DNA of 63,840 nt from Hydrolagus colliei (lineage: Eukaryota): the NCBI GenBank assembly GCA_035084275.1, contig CM068756.1, positions 1,426,001 to 1,489,840 on the forward strand, given 5' to 3'. Shown in pieces: positions 48,639 through 62,589 of the stretch (position 1 is its first letter; every line of letters starts with the position of its first letter). The notes beneath the pieces are model-generated. The model was not told the origin of the DNA and did no database searches. It saw only the letters and a list, made by a program, of their open reading frames with translations. The translations under genes were made by a program, and so were the position numbers.

Positions 48639-50014
48639 ACCCCCCCGCACCCCCCCACCCTTCAAATGGTCACTCAAATGGGGCGGGGGAGGGGGCTTGT
48701 TACGAATGAGTTCCATCGCAAGCTGCAGAGCAACACGAAAGGAAGTGAATATATGTGTTGTTTTGATGCTCATTCTGAGCAGACTAGGCCATGGTCTGTA
48801 TACAGAGCTTCAGAAAGTCAGGAGTGGGCAGACAGCCACTGTGATTTGGTTATTGCATTGGTGCGCTAATACCAGAAGCTTTCGTTCCCCCGGAACTAAA
48901 ACAAAATGCTTGGGACTAGAAAGCGTTAATAATTACAACAATCCACTTTGAAGATCTCCAGTTCCATTGCTTGCCCCCCCACCACCACCCGCCCGCCTCA
49001 CCGCCCCCCCCCCCCCCCTCTTCTCCGGCTGAATCCATAGCTGACGCTCAGGCCACTGAACTTCCAGTCACTGAAGGAGATGGTTAAAGTTTGCCTCTGT
49101 CAGTTTCAATAAATACACAATGTAATACAAGGCCTTCCCAGCAAGCACAGTCAATATTTGGCAAACAGAATGCTTTGCAATAGCACTAGACCCTGCTGTG
49201 GTGGTGTTCCCACGAACGCAAGTCTAGTTTGCTGACTGCACTACAAACCTAACAGCTAGATACAATGCAGGCCCACATTTTGAAAACATTTACAACTCCT
49301 TTAGATAAATTCCACCCCCCCCCCCCCCCCCCAACCCTCCACCCCCCGATACACACACTTCGTCTAATTCATCCCAAATGCTTCTTGCAACTGATGTTTA
49401 TTCTCGCCCCCCCCACCCCCCCCAGCTCCAAGCCGTAAAATGTCAAGGGAGGCTTTTTGATGACAAAATCCAAATGAATTGTCTCATCACAAATCACTCT
49501 CCACTCCCACACGGTACCTAAAAACCTTTCCGCCAGCCCCTGCCCCCACCCGCCACCCCCCCCACTACTTCCCAGCTCCTAACAAATCACAGACGTCCCC
49601 GAAAATAGCTGAAGACGGCTTTAAAAAGGTACATTGTCACCTTGAACAGCAAGACTATTCGCGAGCTGTTTGTAAGCAGTGATGCATTATAGTGCGGCCG
49701 CTACATTCAGTGCACCTCAATCCAACACTCGAGAGGACCTGTTTAATATTCAGACCTTCCTGCTTCCAAAACAGTGACATCGCACGAGCCAGGCTCCTTT
49801 ACGCACTACACCGCACGCTTGTTTCCCAGCTCAGGGCGGGTGCTTTTCACTACGCCAGGCGAGATGTGCATTTAATTATGTAACATGTGTCAAAACCGCC
49901 TCTCTTTGGAATTCTCCTTTCTTCCTAGAGAAATATATGCCTCCGTGCTGACGAGGGTAAGACGTCAGCCCCCACTGCACGCACCCCCCCCCCCCCCCCC
50001 GCAACCATGCAGCA

Positions 50015-50073
50015 AATTCTCTGGGATGCAACCCTGAGTGAGATGTGCTATATAAATACAAGTTGTTGTTGTT
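50015..50073 (+). mobile_element. L2-type 3' tail remnant
   Basis: 'ctgggatg...gtgctatataaatacaagttgttgttgtt'. Confidence 0.6.
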
Positions 50074-52584
50074 ATATTCCAGGTTAATCACTCGAGCTAG
50101 ATTTTGATAAGAGGTTTTCACTCGTGTTCTTTGAAAACTCAATGCTGGTGGTGGTGGTGGTGGTGGTGGGGGGGGCAGAAATAGCAACTCTATTGCACAG
50201 TAATATGTGGTGGGTAGGCATTCTTGACTTTCATTTGAAGGTTTTATCCTTTAAGACCCTGAGAATGGTAAGTGTTCATTTCCTGGATTTATTATTTTTT
50301 CCCCTCCTCCCTCCCCCCCCCCCCCCCCCCCCTCAACCCTCCACTCCACCTCCTCCCCTCTCCCCTCCGCCATCCCAGGGCCATGTCCCAGCAGAATAAA
50401 CCTCCGTCCGTGCCCTTTTCCGATCCACGCGGATCAGTTGTTTGGAAACGCACAACAAGAGCAGCCGAAGATGCTATCCATCCGATTCCCATTCCCCCAT
50501 TGGGGAAGCACCTGGCCTCCACTCGACATTTCCCTACAGCCATGCAGCTGTGATTCAGGGATCAATGAGGGATGGTGGATGGTGTGGGAGAGGGGGGGGG
50601 GGGGGGGTGGGAGGGGGGAGGAGGAAGAGATATAGCTTGTCACCCCCCATCAATTCGGGTTTTGTGACACACTCAACGACGGTGATCCTTTACTGAACCG
50701 CCTTAAAACATTTCGGTTTAAAATTAATGTGCGATCTTGAGCATGCAAGGCAACCAAAGTGCTTTTGTGACAGGATTGAAGAGTTTGTCCTCAATCACAC
50801 CCACTGTCCAAACTGAATTGGCTACCGAAATCAACTCCCACGGTCGCCTACAAATACGCAGTCCCTACACTTTACAAGCAAATCCCGTGAAGCTCCTTGA
50901 GATGTCTGCCTCAAGCCAAAGGCGCTAAAACACGAGGATAATTTATTTATCTATCCATTTGCCTTGTTCAAGTCTGTGAAAAAGAACATATTTTATTGCA
51001 AGGCTGAGGCTGCCACTTCCTTTCAATCTCTGCAACTTTCTGTTTTTAATAACTCCGTTAGGCTGACTGAGGTAAGAGTGTTTCTTGCAAATGTAGTCAG
51101 AAAGCTGAGTAGCGTGTGGGGTTATGGGGTGGGTGGGTGGGTGCGAGGGGGGGGGGTTATGTGTGAGAGAGCTAATGGCAATCCAGTGGACAGACAGAAA
51201 TGCTGAATAAACAGATAATGGAAATATGGCAAAACAAACACAGCGCAAAAGCAAAAGTACTCTGCCCGACAAAGGTCAAACAAACGTTTCAGTGTGTTTG
51301 GGAGGGAAACTTTTCTTTAATAAAACAAAACAAAAATTTTTTTTTTTTTTGGGGAATCTGGATCCTGCCTCTTTAAACGCCTGCTCGTCAGGAGCTGTGA
51401 AACGGGAAGCGAGCTCCTCTTCCCTCCGAAGCTTGAGTCAATAGTATCCGCTGAAGGCAGCCAGCAGACACTTGTGAGACTGACATCTGCACTTTGTGAA
51501 CCCCTTCCCCCTAACCCTTCCTTTCAGAAAGCTGCTTTGGCTTTTCCAGTGAAAACCTACTTCTCATTATGTTAAATAGATGCTAACCCTGTTCTCGGAG
51601 AGAAAAAAAAGGCCTCTGCAGATGTTTAAAGCCCTCTCAGCCCATCCTTAGTAGAACAATTACATCAATTTGCATTCCAGTTGAAGCTGGATTAGTAGCG
51701 GAATGCTTTTTCCAACTTTGTGCGGAGTGAGTGAGTGAGAGAGAGAGAGAGAGAGAGAGAGCAGAGAGAAGAGAGAAGAGAAAGAGCTTATCTTCCCCCA
51801 CCCCCTGACTTCATTCCTAAATCTGAGACTCTGCACTTTCGTGAAACAATTGCCTATTGGAGACAATTTTCCAGTGCGTTAAATACTTATCGGAGTTAAA
51901 GGGGAGGGGGGGGGGTAGGGTGGTGGGGGGGGAAACATTTGTGAAAGCTGAGGACGTGGGGAATCATAATGCATTACCAAAGGAGCAACTCCTGTTGCTT
52001 TGATCCTCTCTGTTGCTACAGAAACAGACTCCGCTCCTTTTTTTAGTTAATCAAAACCAAATTATTTAGGAATGCAGCAAGACAGGTTGGAGTCTCGGAC
52101 TTCCTTTGTCTTCGTAGATTTGAAAAAAAAATGGGGGAAAAAAAGAGATGGGGGGAGGGGGGTGGGGGGGGGGGGGTGGTGGTAGTAGAGGGACAGAGAG
52201 GCAGATCAAGAAATAGAGCAACAATTGTCTCCTGGGCAAAATAGTATCTTTGAGGGAAAGTAAATTGAAAACATATTTGTTGGAATTTAACCATCTGACT
52301 GTACACGCCTCACATACAGAAAGGAACAGTTAGGAATTTCCATTGATGCAGGTAATAGTTGTTTGGTGGCTTTCACGTTAAAGGTCACATTTGAATATCA
52401 TTAAGTCCAATTCCCCCTCCCCAAGCTCCGAGCAAACCCCCACGCAAACACAAATCATGTCCAGTTTGCAAGAACTCAGCTATTTCGTACAATTGAATGC
52501 ATTTTATTCAAATATAGTCGAACGCTACTGTGTTTGCCTGAAAAAATACGCAGCCACTGGGCTTCACACTAGATTCCGTGAAGC

Positions 52585-52691
52585 ACTTTTTTGTTAGACC
52601 AACGTCCTCCCGACGTGAAAGGCGGAGTTTGAAATGCAACGGTTCTAATAATAATAATAATCAGCATTATTATCATTATTATTATTATTAA
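52585..52691 (+). repeat. L2-type tail followed by opposed (TAA)n/(TTA)n microsatellites
   Basis: 'cgtcctcccgacgtgaaaggcg' then 'taataataataataat-cagc-attattatcattattattattatta'. Confidence 0.7.
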
Positions 52692-53744
52692 ATCTAGTGT
52701 GGCAGCTGGTGCTGGAGAAAGCAATCTGGTTTGGAGCAAATAAAACAGGGATCTTTTTTTTTGTGTCACTCTGCCACGCACACGCTCTTGACAGAGGAGC
52801 AGAGGAAACGTTAGTGGACAGGCCAATGAAAAAAAAAGGTTCACAAAGTAGCCAAGAAGGGATTCCCCAGGCTCCGACGTGGTTCTGAGGAATTTTGACT
52901 TTGCTTTTGCTTTCAAGTTTTCTTTCCCCCCCCCAGAAACAAAAATTGTTTTAAACAAGAGGAGACTAACGACAGCGCTCAATAAGATAGAAAGGAACGG
53001 AGGCAACTCACGTGTTGATACTTTTGGCCAACTAGTGCATAATAAGCCCTTCGAGCTGGAGAAACAATAGTGTGTGTAGGGGGTGGGGAGATGGGGAGTA
53101 TGAGGTTCCAGGCATTGAAGTTGTGCGAAGCTACACACCCAGACAAGCTATAATCTCTCTCTCGGGAGACACCTTAAGGAATAAAGGTCCTAACATAGGA
53201 AATCCTGCTGGTAACTTGCATCGCTTCAAGCTAAGCAGTTCTGCTACCGGGCTGGAGAGATTTAAAAAAAAAACTCTTATGTTGTGGGAATGGATAGGGT
53301 TTCTTCTCAAATTGAAGACTCTGAAAAGACCGACCTTCACACTTGGAAGACATTAGCGCTGTCTACAGTTCTACACGGACACATTTTAATGGGTATTAAG
53401 CTTTAAGAACTTTAGGTCCATGATATTAACTTGACCTTCTGCACTTCTCAGTAGGTGTTTGCTTGCTTTATTGGGGATAAAGGAGGCAGCACAAAGGAGA
53501 GCTGGTTACTGCTGCTACGTGTACAGTAGTTAACCACCTCCATTCAGGGGGAGCCAGGCCCATTTTTGTTTTGCAACACAATCCGAAAATTAATAATCGA
53601 TGGCTCATTTTCTTTTGGCCTCGTAAAAAGACAAGCTGCTTGAAACCCAGCTTCGACCAAAAAGCAGAAACCAGGGCTGCTGCACATCCTAACTCCTTCC
53701 TGCTTTGAAACAGGCTTTCAAAATGGACAACTTTCTGAAGCTCA

Positions 53745-53890
53745 ACAATAACATCACACTTTCAATAGCGCCTTCGTGTCACAAGGACATCCTGAGGCGC
53801 TGTGCAGTTAAGGGTTAGAATAGAATCGAGAGGGGTGAAATTGTGGGGAGGAGGGTTAGGGCTATGATTGGGGTGGGGGACGGTGATCGT
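53745..53890 (-). mobile_element. L2 3' tail fragment
   Basis: 'aacaataac...atagcgcctt...ggacatcctgaggcgctg'. Confidence 0.5.
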
Positions 53891-55839
53891 TGAAGGCACT
53901 GACAAAGAAGAAGGTCTCCAGGGATTGCGCTGATGATTTCAGATTTTTCGTTATTCCAATTCACTGGGTCAGCAACAACTACACTTACGCTATTTGTTAT
54001 TTTCATTCGACCATTTTTGCCTCGGACAAAAAGGCACTGTAAACAACACGAGCTTTCAGCCCCACGTTCAGTGCCCATCTGAAACAAAAAGCGGGGCAGC
54101 CACGTTGATATGAACACCATAAAGAGTTCCAAGTAACTAATCACAAATTGCACTGAGTGGGATAAACATGAAGTGTTCCCATCAATAGGTTTCCTGTTCA
54201 ATTTTCCTGCCTTAATTCACTTCAGGAAATAAATGGGGTAAAGCAGTTGATAGTTGCACTGACAGCCAATTAAAAAATGCCATCCTACAGTATTATGATT
54301 GTATTTATTACAAAGTGCTGTTTAAATTTCCATTTTGCTGGCAAATGAATGAAACTGAAAAGCCCAGTAACTGCACTGCATTGCCCTGGTCCATCTGTCT
54401 AGGCATCACTGTGTCTGTAACGGTATCAAATAACTTGTGTATTACATAAAGAATTAGCTTGAAAAATTGCCTCAAGGGTAGGCAGTGCAAAACTAAATGT
54501 CTGCCATATATTTTGGCAGCTCTCAGTTGATTTCTACATGAAACAGTCCTGTGGTAGGACTGGGAGCAGCAGCAGCAGGGACTTAGGTTAACAGGTGAAA
54601 ATCTCAGCTGACAGCCTGCCTGGCAGCAAGATGGGGAAGGGGCTTGTGTGCACACAAAGTGAGAGTTCATAGCTGCAATCACACACACACACGTGAAAGC
54701 GAAAGGCATGGAACCCACACAGGCAGCCTTGCCTTCCCTGTGAACTGGAATGGCTGCAGTTGAGTTTGCATTGGACTATTTGTTGTTATTCTTTCAAATT
54801 CTTTAAAGCTGAGAATAAAAAAAACACACAGATTGAAACGATAAAATGTACCAACAGTAACTCCGTTACCTACACTCCCCCACGGCACAGTTATCCTTCG
54901 TTCGGAAAGCGACTGGACTCTGTGACGCAGAGGGACAGGAACCAAAAAGCAACATCTGTGCGTGTACGAGATGGACACGTGCAGCAAAACCAAACCGAGT
55001 GCAGAACCTGCACAGTACACAGGTTTGTCGTGGTTTAAGAAGTCGACAAGAGCCTCGTGAGGATGTCCTGATATCGGGCTAAATTTCAATGTAGGATCTG
55101 CTAAACCTGTTGCTCGCCTGAGAAACCATGGTTATGTATCGTCTAACCAACTGGCATCAATGATATCAATGTCCAGAGCACGAGGCAAACCATCTGCTTG
55201 TTCCCCAGTAAAAATGTGAACCTTGCTGTGATCTGACTATGTCGCTTGCACCCAACGCAGACACTTGTCTCACTGACCCAGAGCAGGGCATTTGTGGTTT
55301 TCAGCTATCGAAATAAACAAGCCCGGCAAGTTTCCTTACTCTAGACGCCTCTGTTCACATACCAATGAGTTGGAGCCCGGTTATTAATCCATTGGCAGAT
55401 CACTTTCCCGGGCATCCCTTAAAAAAAATATTATTATATTGAAAAAAATCATAATACTTTTTTTCATCAACGTGACTAAACTCAAACCAAACATTCAAAA
55501 CTTCTGAGAACTTTTGAGGCAAATCACCTACCCTCCAACCACCTTTTTTTTTGACAGTCTGGTTGGCCTTTCAATTGACAATGAGATATTATCTGTAAAG
55601 TTCCCCCAAACTGCTTTCACGTTGAAAGATCCAGTGTCAAAATTGAGGTTTTGCACCCATTCTGTTTGCACCACAAGCCCGCGATTCAGAAGGAAACACT
55701 TCAAATTCTACACAGGGTTGACCTGACGCTGCAGTTCAAAATATAAAAAAAATATCCTGAATGCTGCTTAGAGCCAGGCGTGGAGTGTGGGAGGAACTAA
55801 TTCTTGTGACTGTGGAACAAATATGCCCACCTCACTAAC

Positions 55840-56050
55840 TTGGCAGCCTAACAATAACCTAATGTAATTAAACTCGCCATCAGTCATTAGTATTTGCATA
55901 TAAATGCATGCACAAATCACTGTAAAACAAGCCACGGCAAGTCAGTCTATTAGCATACGCAAATGCACCCTGCACAGCCCTGTAGGTAGGTCACAGCATC
56001 GCTCAATTTGAGTGAGTGAGTCGACAAGCTTCACGCAGGGTCAAAGCTCC
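55840..56050. promoter_or_regulatory. Candidate enhancer: POU octamer cluster plus nuclear-receptor sites
   Basis: ATTTGCAT 55892-55899, ATTAGCAT 55949-55956, AGGTCA 55988-55993 and GGGTCA-A-AGCTCC 56038-56050. Confidence 0.35.
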
Positions 56051-56584
56051 ATCTGTCAGGAACTTGAAATACAAATATTAATGTTCTACCTGAAAATTGG
56101 CGCAGGCCAGGTTTTAGCTGCTACCAGAAAACAAAGGGGGATTAGAGAAAATACATAATTCATTTTCCAATCAAGTGACAACGCGCTTTGTAACCGAACT
56201 CAGGCAATCCTGAATCAGGTGTGCCAAAACTTAACAACCGCTCCTCACACTCTCCGTAAATGTCCAGCAACTGCCGCCGAAAACACACACTCTGTCTGCT
56301 CCAGCCCCCGATAACGTAATGATTTTAGGAGGGTGGCTGTAAAACCTCAAGAATAAACGGAGCTGGCATTCGGAGGATGCTTCACGCTGTGCCATATGTC
56401 ACAGATCTATTGTAAAGATGGCTGGCGTCACTCAGAGGATCAGTGATGTTGAGGGACTGGTCGCCCAACTCTGATAAAAATTGATCCGTACTTTGTTTTT
56501 GCACGAAACGCCAAGAAAGGCTGAGCCAAGGGGGGAAGCAAAGTCGCTCGATGCAAAGTGACAACGCGATTTGTACAATGCCAG

Positions 56585-56718
56585 GTTTCGTCCACAAAAT
56601 GCAGTCACTCCTCTATACAGTGTATCCCATGAAGCGCTTTTTAAGTCTCAATGACGTGATAAAGGCAAGATCTCAAAATGCAGGCGTTCTCATGATTTTG
56701 TGATTATTATCATTATTA
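56585..56718 (+). mobile_element. SINE 3' half
   Basis: 'gtttcgtccacaaaatgcagtca...tgaagcgcttt...gacgtgataa...attattatcattatta'. Confidence 0.7.
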
Positions 56719-57409
56719 GTGCTAAACAGGGGTTAGAAATTAATCTGGAAACTTTCAATATAGCTCAGTGAGGGGGCGGGAACAGTGATGATTGATGTTG
56801 GTCTGTCCAGATTTGTGCTTCAACGAGTGTGATCATGCTTGTACCTGCAATTCCTAACCATGCTAATATCTGGAAAGGACTGAGGCACTGAGCAGGAATT
56901 ATTTGGGGAAGAGGAAATCACAGTCACTCCTCCCACCATGCAATCTTCCAGCAGTTGCTGAGAAGGGCAACGAGAGCAGATTACATGCTGCCCTTCTTAT
57001 ACCAGGGACCTGAGTGATAGCACAGATCAGGAGAATATAATATATAGACTGAATGAGAGGGGATCTGTGTGTGTGTCTGTATGTGTGTGTGTGTGTGGTG
57101 AGGGAGGGAGGTGTGTGGCAGAGAGGAATGCAGGAAATACACCTTTTAAAATTGTAGGACACAGCAAACATAAAATAAAACAGACCCCCCCCCCCACCCA
57201 CCACCACCCCCGCCACACTCCACTCCCATCCCCTCTCCCCACCTCTCTTATCTCTCTATCTGTCTGCAGTGACTGGAAAAAGCACTGGATTCATAAGCTC
57301 ACACACAAAGCAGCCTCACACCTGCCAGCAATCATCAGTCTTGAAGGTGCTCTCTTCTGTTTTTTAAACTGGTGGATCATATCCAGATCACAGACACACT
57401 ATAGTCTCC

Positions 57410-57595
57410 AGTCAACAACACTAGATTTTTTTTTACAGCGCCTTTCACGTCGGGAAGACAATCCAAGTACGATTAGGATTCCCAAATGGGAAAAGAATTC
57501 CCTCTGCAATCTGGGGTTTAATATCAACACCAGCAACAAACTGTACTTGTACAGCTAGAGCCCTTTACATCGGGGGGAAAAAAAGACATCGTCCC
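57410..57595 (-). mobile_element. Two L2-type tail remnants
   Basis: 'caacaac...acagcgcctttcacgtcgggaagac' and 'cagcaacaaactgtacttgtacag...ccctttacatcgggg'. Confidence 0.5.
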
Positions 57596-58224
57596 AGGAT
57601 TTAACCTCTCCGCGGTTTCATACTGATCTGAAACCTGGTGCAAACAAGGCTTTCGATTGCTCTGGCTTCTGGCAGTCAAGGACATAAATCTGCAACACAT
57701 GCAGGTTGGGCCTGAGCTGACGTTTCTACTGGAAATAAATGGGTAAAGCAGCAAATGAGAGAGAGAGAGAGAGACAGGCCAGTGCTCACTCAGCCAGGAT
57801 GCAGTGCCGACAGAGAGAAGGGTTCAGCAGGTTTGGTGCTGTGGTCCGTAAGGACTGGCTGTCCATCCCACCCACCCACCCACCCACCCATTCCCAGGAG
57901 ATATCAAGGCCCCAATTCACACCTTCCCCTGGGAGGGGAGGGGGGGGAGAAAAAAATAACATCCTATTCCTGTGTGTAGCCAAGGAAAAGTGGAGGCACA
58001 TTTTTCTCACACACTGCTCAGCCAGTTCGTGAATAGCACAGACACAGACTGGGAATAGGTCACAATCTCAGGAGGAGAATGGTATACAGTGGGGGATGGG
58101 GGCATGGGTTAAACGGGTTCTAAGTGAGTTCTGAGTCTGATACAGACAAACCGGGAGGAAGCACATAATCTCCATCCAGCATTTAGTTGCTGAGCAGCAC
58201 TGGAGAGAGGGAAGGGAGGGAGGG

Positions 58225-58261
<37 letters not shown>
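58225..58261. repeat. (GA)n microsatellite
   Basis: Direct reading. Confidence 0.95.
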
Positions 58262-58266
<5 letters not shown>

Positions 58267-59241
58267 TATCTGTTCTGTTCAGCTGGAGTCTGAACGGAGA
58301 TGGGAACTTATGAGTAGGACCTCGTTAAGAATCCCTTCAAGTTTTGAAAACAACCCACACACAGAACCTTAAAAAATATTATAAATCTTAAACAAACTTG
58401 CTCTTTAGGCGGAACTTCCTGACAGCCATCAGTCACTGCACTGCTGCTAACCCTGTGACGGACTGGAGTTCAGCAAAGAACGATTGAAAAACAAGGCCTG
58501 ATGGCAGAATAATACCAGCGTGAGACTCTCTCCAACCCGCATAAGCACACACCAATTCCCTGGCAATCTGCTCTGTGACACAGATAAGCAGCAGAAAGCG
58601 AAAGCAAACAGATTAAAGCCACGTTCTTCTAAAATATATATATATATTTGCGAGACGTTTGTTTTTGTTTATTAAAAAAACAACAAACTCTTCCTAACTT
58701 CTCAATAGCCTGAGCCACTGGCGAGTGGGAGAATCTGCTCCAGTCAGACAAGGCAAAGGTGTCAGAGATTCAATGTACAATCCCAGCCAGTGATACCAAT
58801 ATGTTACAATTTGGGCTCCAACCCCAATGTGGGGAGAGGAGAGGGTACAAGATGGAGAATTGTCGTCGTGTCAGGCAGGCTCTGGACGGATTGAGCTCCA
58901 GCTGTCAGAATCCTCCACGATCGAATAGTCCACCGAGCTTCACTGTCTGGCTGCTGAACACACTGAACCAGCACCAGGCCAAAGCTCGCAGAGGCCTCTC
59001 TCACAAGCGGCCGTTCCTCCAGCTCGCGGCCCGGGGCGCTATGAACGCCAGTCGAAGGCGGCCGATATCGCAGACCGGAATATCCTTCCCCGGCTTCGCT
59101 TCGCCCAATCTCCACAGGCGAGCGTCTTTTCAACAGGGGTGAGGGAACAAGCCAGCAATCAAGAGGCACAAACCCAGACTGACTTCTCTCTCCTATTCAA
59201 TGCATTCCAGCCACCTCAAAGCCGAACGCGCTTCAAGTCTT

Positions 59242-59415
59242 TTCGATCCACGACTGTTTGTGGGACACTGCTGTGCGTGATTGGCTGCCGTGTTTTGCCC
59301 ACAAAATATGCAGTCAATTCACTTTACAGTACTGTATATTCTGTGAAGCGCTTTGCGTCGTCTAGAAGACGTTTGAAGCACTATATCAAATACAAGGATT
59401 ATTTTATTATTATTT
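59242..59415 (+). mobile_element. Deu-domain SINE, 5'-truncated, low divergence
   Basis: 'ccacgactgtttgtgggacactgctgtgcgtgattggctgccg...tgtgaagcgctttg...atatcaaatacaaggattatt'. Confidence 0.9.
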
Positions 59416-60204
59416 ATCGTCTGAGCCACCATAACCACTGTAAATTAAACAGCACCCCAACAACATGCCTTCATAGCAGAGATAGTTAAAGTTAGACTTT
59501 TACGACCAATTCTTTTTTTGTACTGAATGGGGATTTATTTTAGTTCCTGTGTTACAATCTCTATTTAGCAATCCTTCAGACACTCCTGATCAATAAGACC
59601 CCGTGTTTGCAGAGCATACAAGGCACCACTCAAATCTTGTTTTAATTAAAAGTTTTTTTTAACCCATCCCCGCACACACACCGTACGTGCACACGCGCGT
59701 ATACACACACACACACGCACGCACGCACACACAGCATATGCATACACCACCACCACCACCTCCACCAACAACCAAAATTACATCTATAAAGTGCCTTTCA
59801 AACCGGGAGGACACACCACACCGCACGGGAGAACCTGGCAACAGAAAGTGTGGATTGCCAAGCCTGTGCATGACACAAGGCAGTAATGTTCAAGATGGAA
59901 TGGAACTGGCAACATCAGGGCCCACAGGAGGTGGTACATTTTACACTAAATTGTGCAGGATTAGCGTAACTTCCACTTTTTAAATAAATGTGCGTCAGGT
60001 GTCAGGAGCCTCTGCCTGTCCCTTTCCAAAAGCCCCCATCGCACCTGCCCCCCTACCCACCCACCCACCCACCCCCACCACCCCAAACACACACCCAGAT
60101 ATCTTAACTTCCCCCATCATTACCGAACTGCTGTCTAACTTTGCTGTTACGATGATAAGACATTTGAAGACTTATTTTGTAAAGCAACCTCTTTGGTGAA
60201 CCAT

Positions 60205-60242
60205 TGTGTGTGTCAGTGTGTGTGTGTGTGTGTGTGTGTGTG
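60205..60242. repeat. (TG)n microsatellite
   Basis: Direct reading. Confidence 0.95.
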
Positions 60243-62589
60243 GTAACCGAGAGGGGGAAACGAGAGAAAGAAGGATCACGCGCCATTCTTTAAATTATAA
60301 GTAACTCCCTTCATACATCCAGAACAGCGGTGAACAAAGTTCTTCAGTTTGATTGGCGAGTGAGCTTGATTAGCGAAAGCAGGATAATAAACACCAAGCC
60401 AAAATTTCTGGTTTTATAGGTACCCCAGGGCATAATGTTATGCTGGCCCCTTGTGTTATTGTGACAGAATTTCCCTACTCGTCTACAAGTCATACCCACA
60501 TCAAAGACAGGCCAATGCTCGAATAAAGGCCCGGGCTTGTTTCTTATAGCCTGTGCTGAGATGGACAGACACTTAAGGTGAGTCCTTTTGGTCTAATGAA
60601 GTTCAAAGCCATCGAGAGGTGGATTAAAGTCACTGTGTGTAATCTGCAACATCACATTCGTGGCTTGGAAATGCAAATTGAAAGTGTCGAGGGTGGGAGG
60701 GATAGAAGAGAAAGAGAAGGAGAGAGGGAGAGAGAGAGAGAGAAAGAAGAAAGCAAGTGGTACCCAACTATATAACTTAAAAGATTTAAAGTCCCGGTAT
60801 GTCAGTCTGCATTTATATAACAGCAATGTGACAAGCTGGCACTTTTCAGTCCATTTCAAGCAATGCTTCCATTTCATGGATCACTATTTTAAAAAAATAT
60901 ATATACATATTAATTCTTGGGACGGACACAAGGTAATCATTTCCACTGAAGATCACCAGTTCCGCGTCGCTCACACTGTTACGCGAGAGATTTCTTGGCT
61001 AATGTTACTTGCTCTCAAGTCCACTGTCAAGTTCACCCTGTCACCCAGTTTCTCCAGGAAATGCTCGAAAGCAGGTTGAGGTGTCTGGATCTGACCTCGA
61101 TCGCTCCCTGCGGGAAAGGTGTCCACCCAGACTCCATGGCTATCCACAACACCCACAGCTGATATCTGAAACCTGCCCGTGTGAAGAATCAGTCAGAAGT
61201 CTGGTGTTTCGTCATTTTGTAACACACCACGTCAAAACGCCACTGTGTACCTCACTGAGCCTTGTTGACATCATCTCGTTGCTGCGTCACCTAAAGTTTT
61301 GAGGAACATGGACTCACACTACATAACGGCTTGAATGCATCCTCACAACCGGAGCCCGAGGCAGCTCGCTATCCATGTGTTTTGAAGCAGAGGAAGTGAG
61401 AATCAAGTGGAAAGGGGCAGGGAATAAGGAACAGAAACTAAGTTTTGAAAACCAGTAAGAAAAGCTTCTTTGAGAGGAACATCAGAGCACTACACTGAAT
61501 AACAGATACGTGTTGTTTCAGCCTTCACTACAAAGTGCGTTAACCCCTTGGAGTCCAAAGTGAAAATGATTGCCAAAGGTGAACAAAACAATAACTTTGC
61601 TTAAGGCTTGGGAAAATCCCAAGATTTTGGAAAAGTGGATCTTCTTCTTTTTATCAGCGTACACTGCCCATGGAAGTGTTCGCGTGTCACCTCTCAAGCC
61701 ATCAATGCAACAGTCAGACCACAGAAAACATAGCTTGTGCTGATTTTGCGAAACTTAAAAGGGGCACTCGGTATTCAAGGAGTTAATACAACATTTTACA
61801 ATTTCACTTTTTTTAAAAAAAATTGCATTGCACACGCTCATACAATTATATACAGGCGACATACAAAATCACACAACTGTTCCCCTCGCCACCCCTCCCC
61901 CCCCCCCACCCCCACCCCCACCCCATCACCAAATTGCAATCAATTGACTTCCTTTCTTCTTCTTAGAGGTAGTTGTCGTCTGTACGTATGCAAATCCAAC
62001 CTGAAACTGAACTTTGTTCGAACCGATGGCTGTCTGCTCTCAGCCCAAACCTGATCCGTTTCAATGTGCCACACAGAGCTCAAAACCTGTTTTACAAAGC
62101 TTCTTCCACCGTACTAGCTCAGTTACACTAATGATCAATACTCCAGCAGCATGCTGCTTCAAAGCAGATGTAAGCTATGTATGAGGGCTGCCTCAGCCTC
62201 TCGGTTTGTTCCCACCCATCGTTGGCCAGCATTCCCCATTCCTTCTCAGTATATCCCAAAAAACATAGGCTTTGTTTCCCCTCCTACCCTCCACACACAC
62301 ACCCACCCACCCTCTCTTCAACCACTGCTGTTTAGTTTCTCTTTAGCTCTTTAGGAACGAGCAGAGAAAGTGAAGGGGTGGGGGGAAACAGTCTCTCTTC
62401 TCTAATCAACAAAGGATTAACAGTGCATAGCCTACCTTCTCCACACTCCATAATATGCATCATAAAGTCAAACTATTTCTACTGACTCACTAAGGCAACA
62501 TATTCATTAATTATTCATCCCACACTCACCCCTCCTTTCGCAGATAAGGGAAGGAAAAGGAATAAAAAAAAGCAAAATAGTTTTGTTAT

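Noticed and set aside
60971-61175. Minus-strand 61-aa ORF with protein-like composition
   Set aside because: Weak acceptor context, no recognisable family and no partner exons
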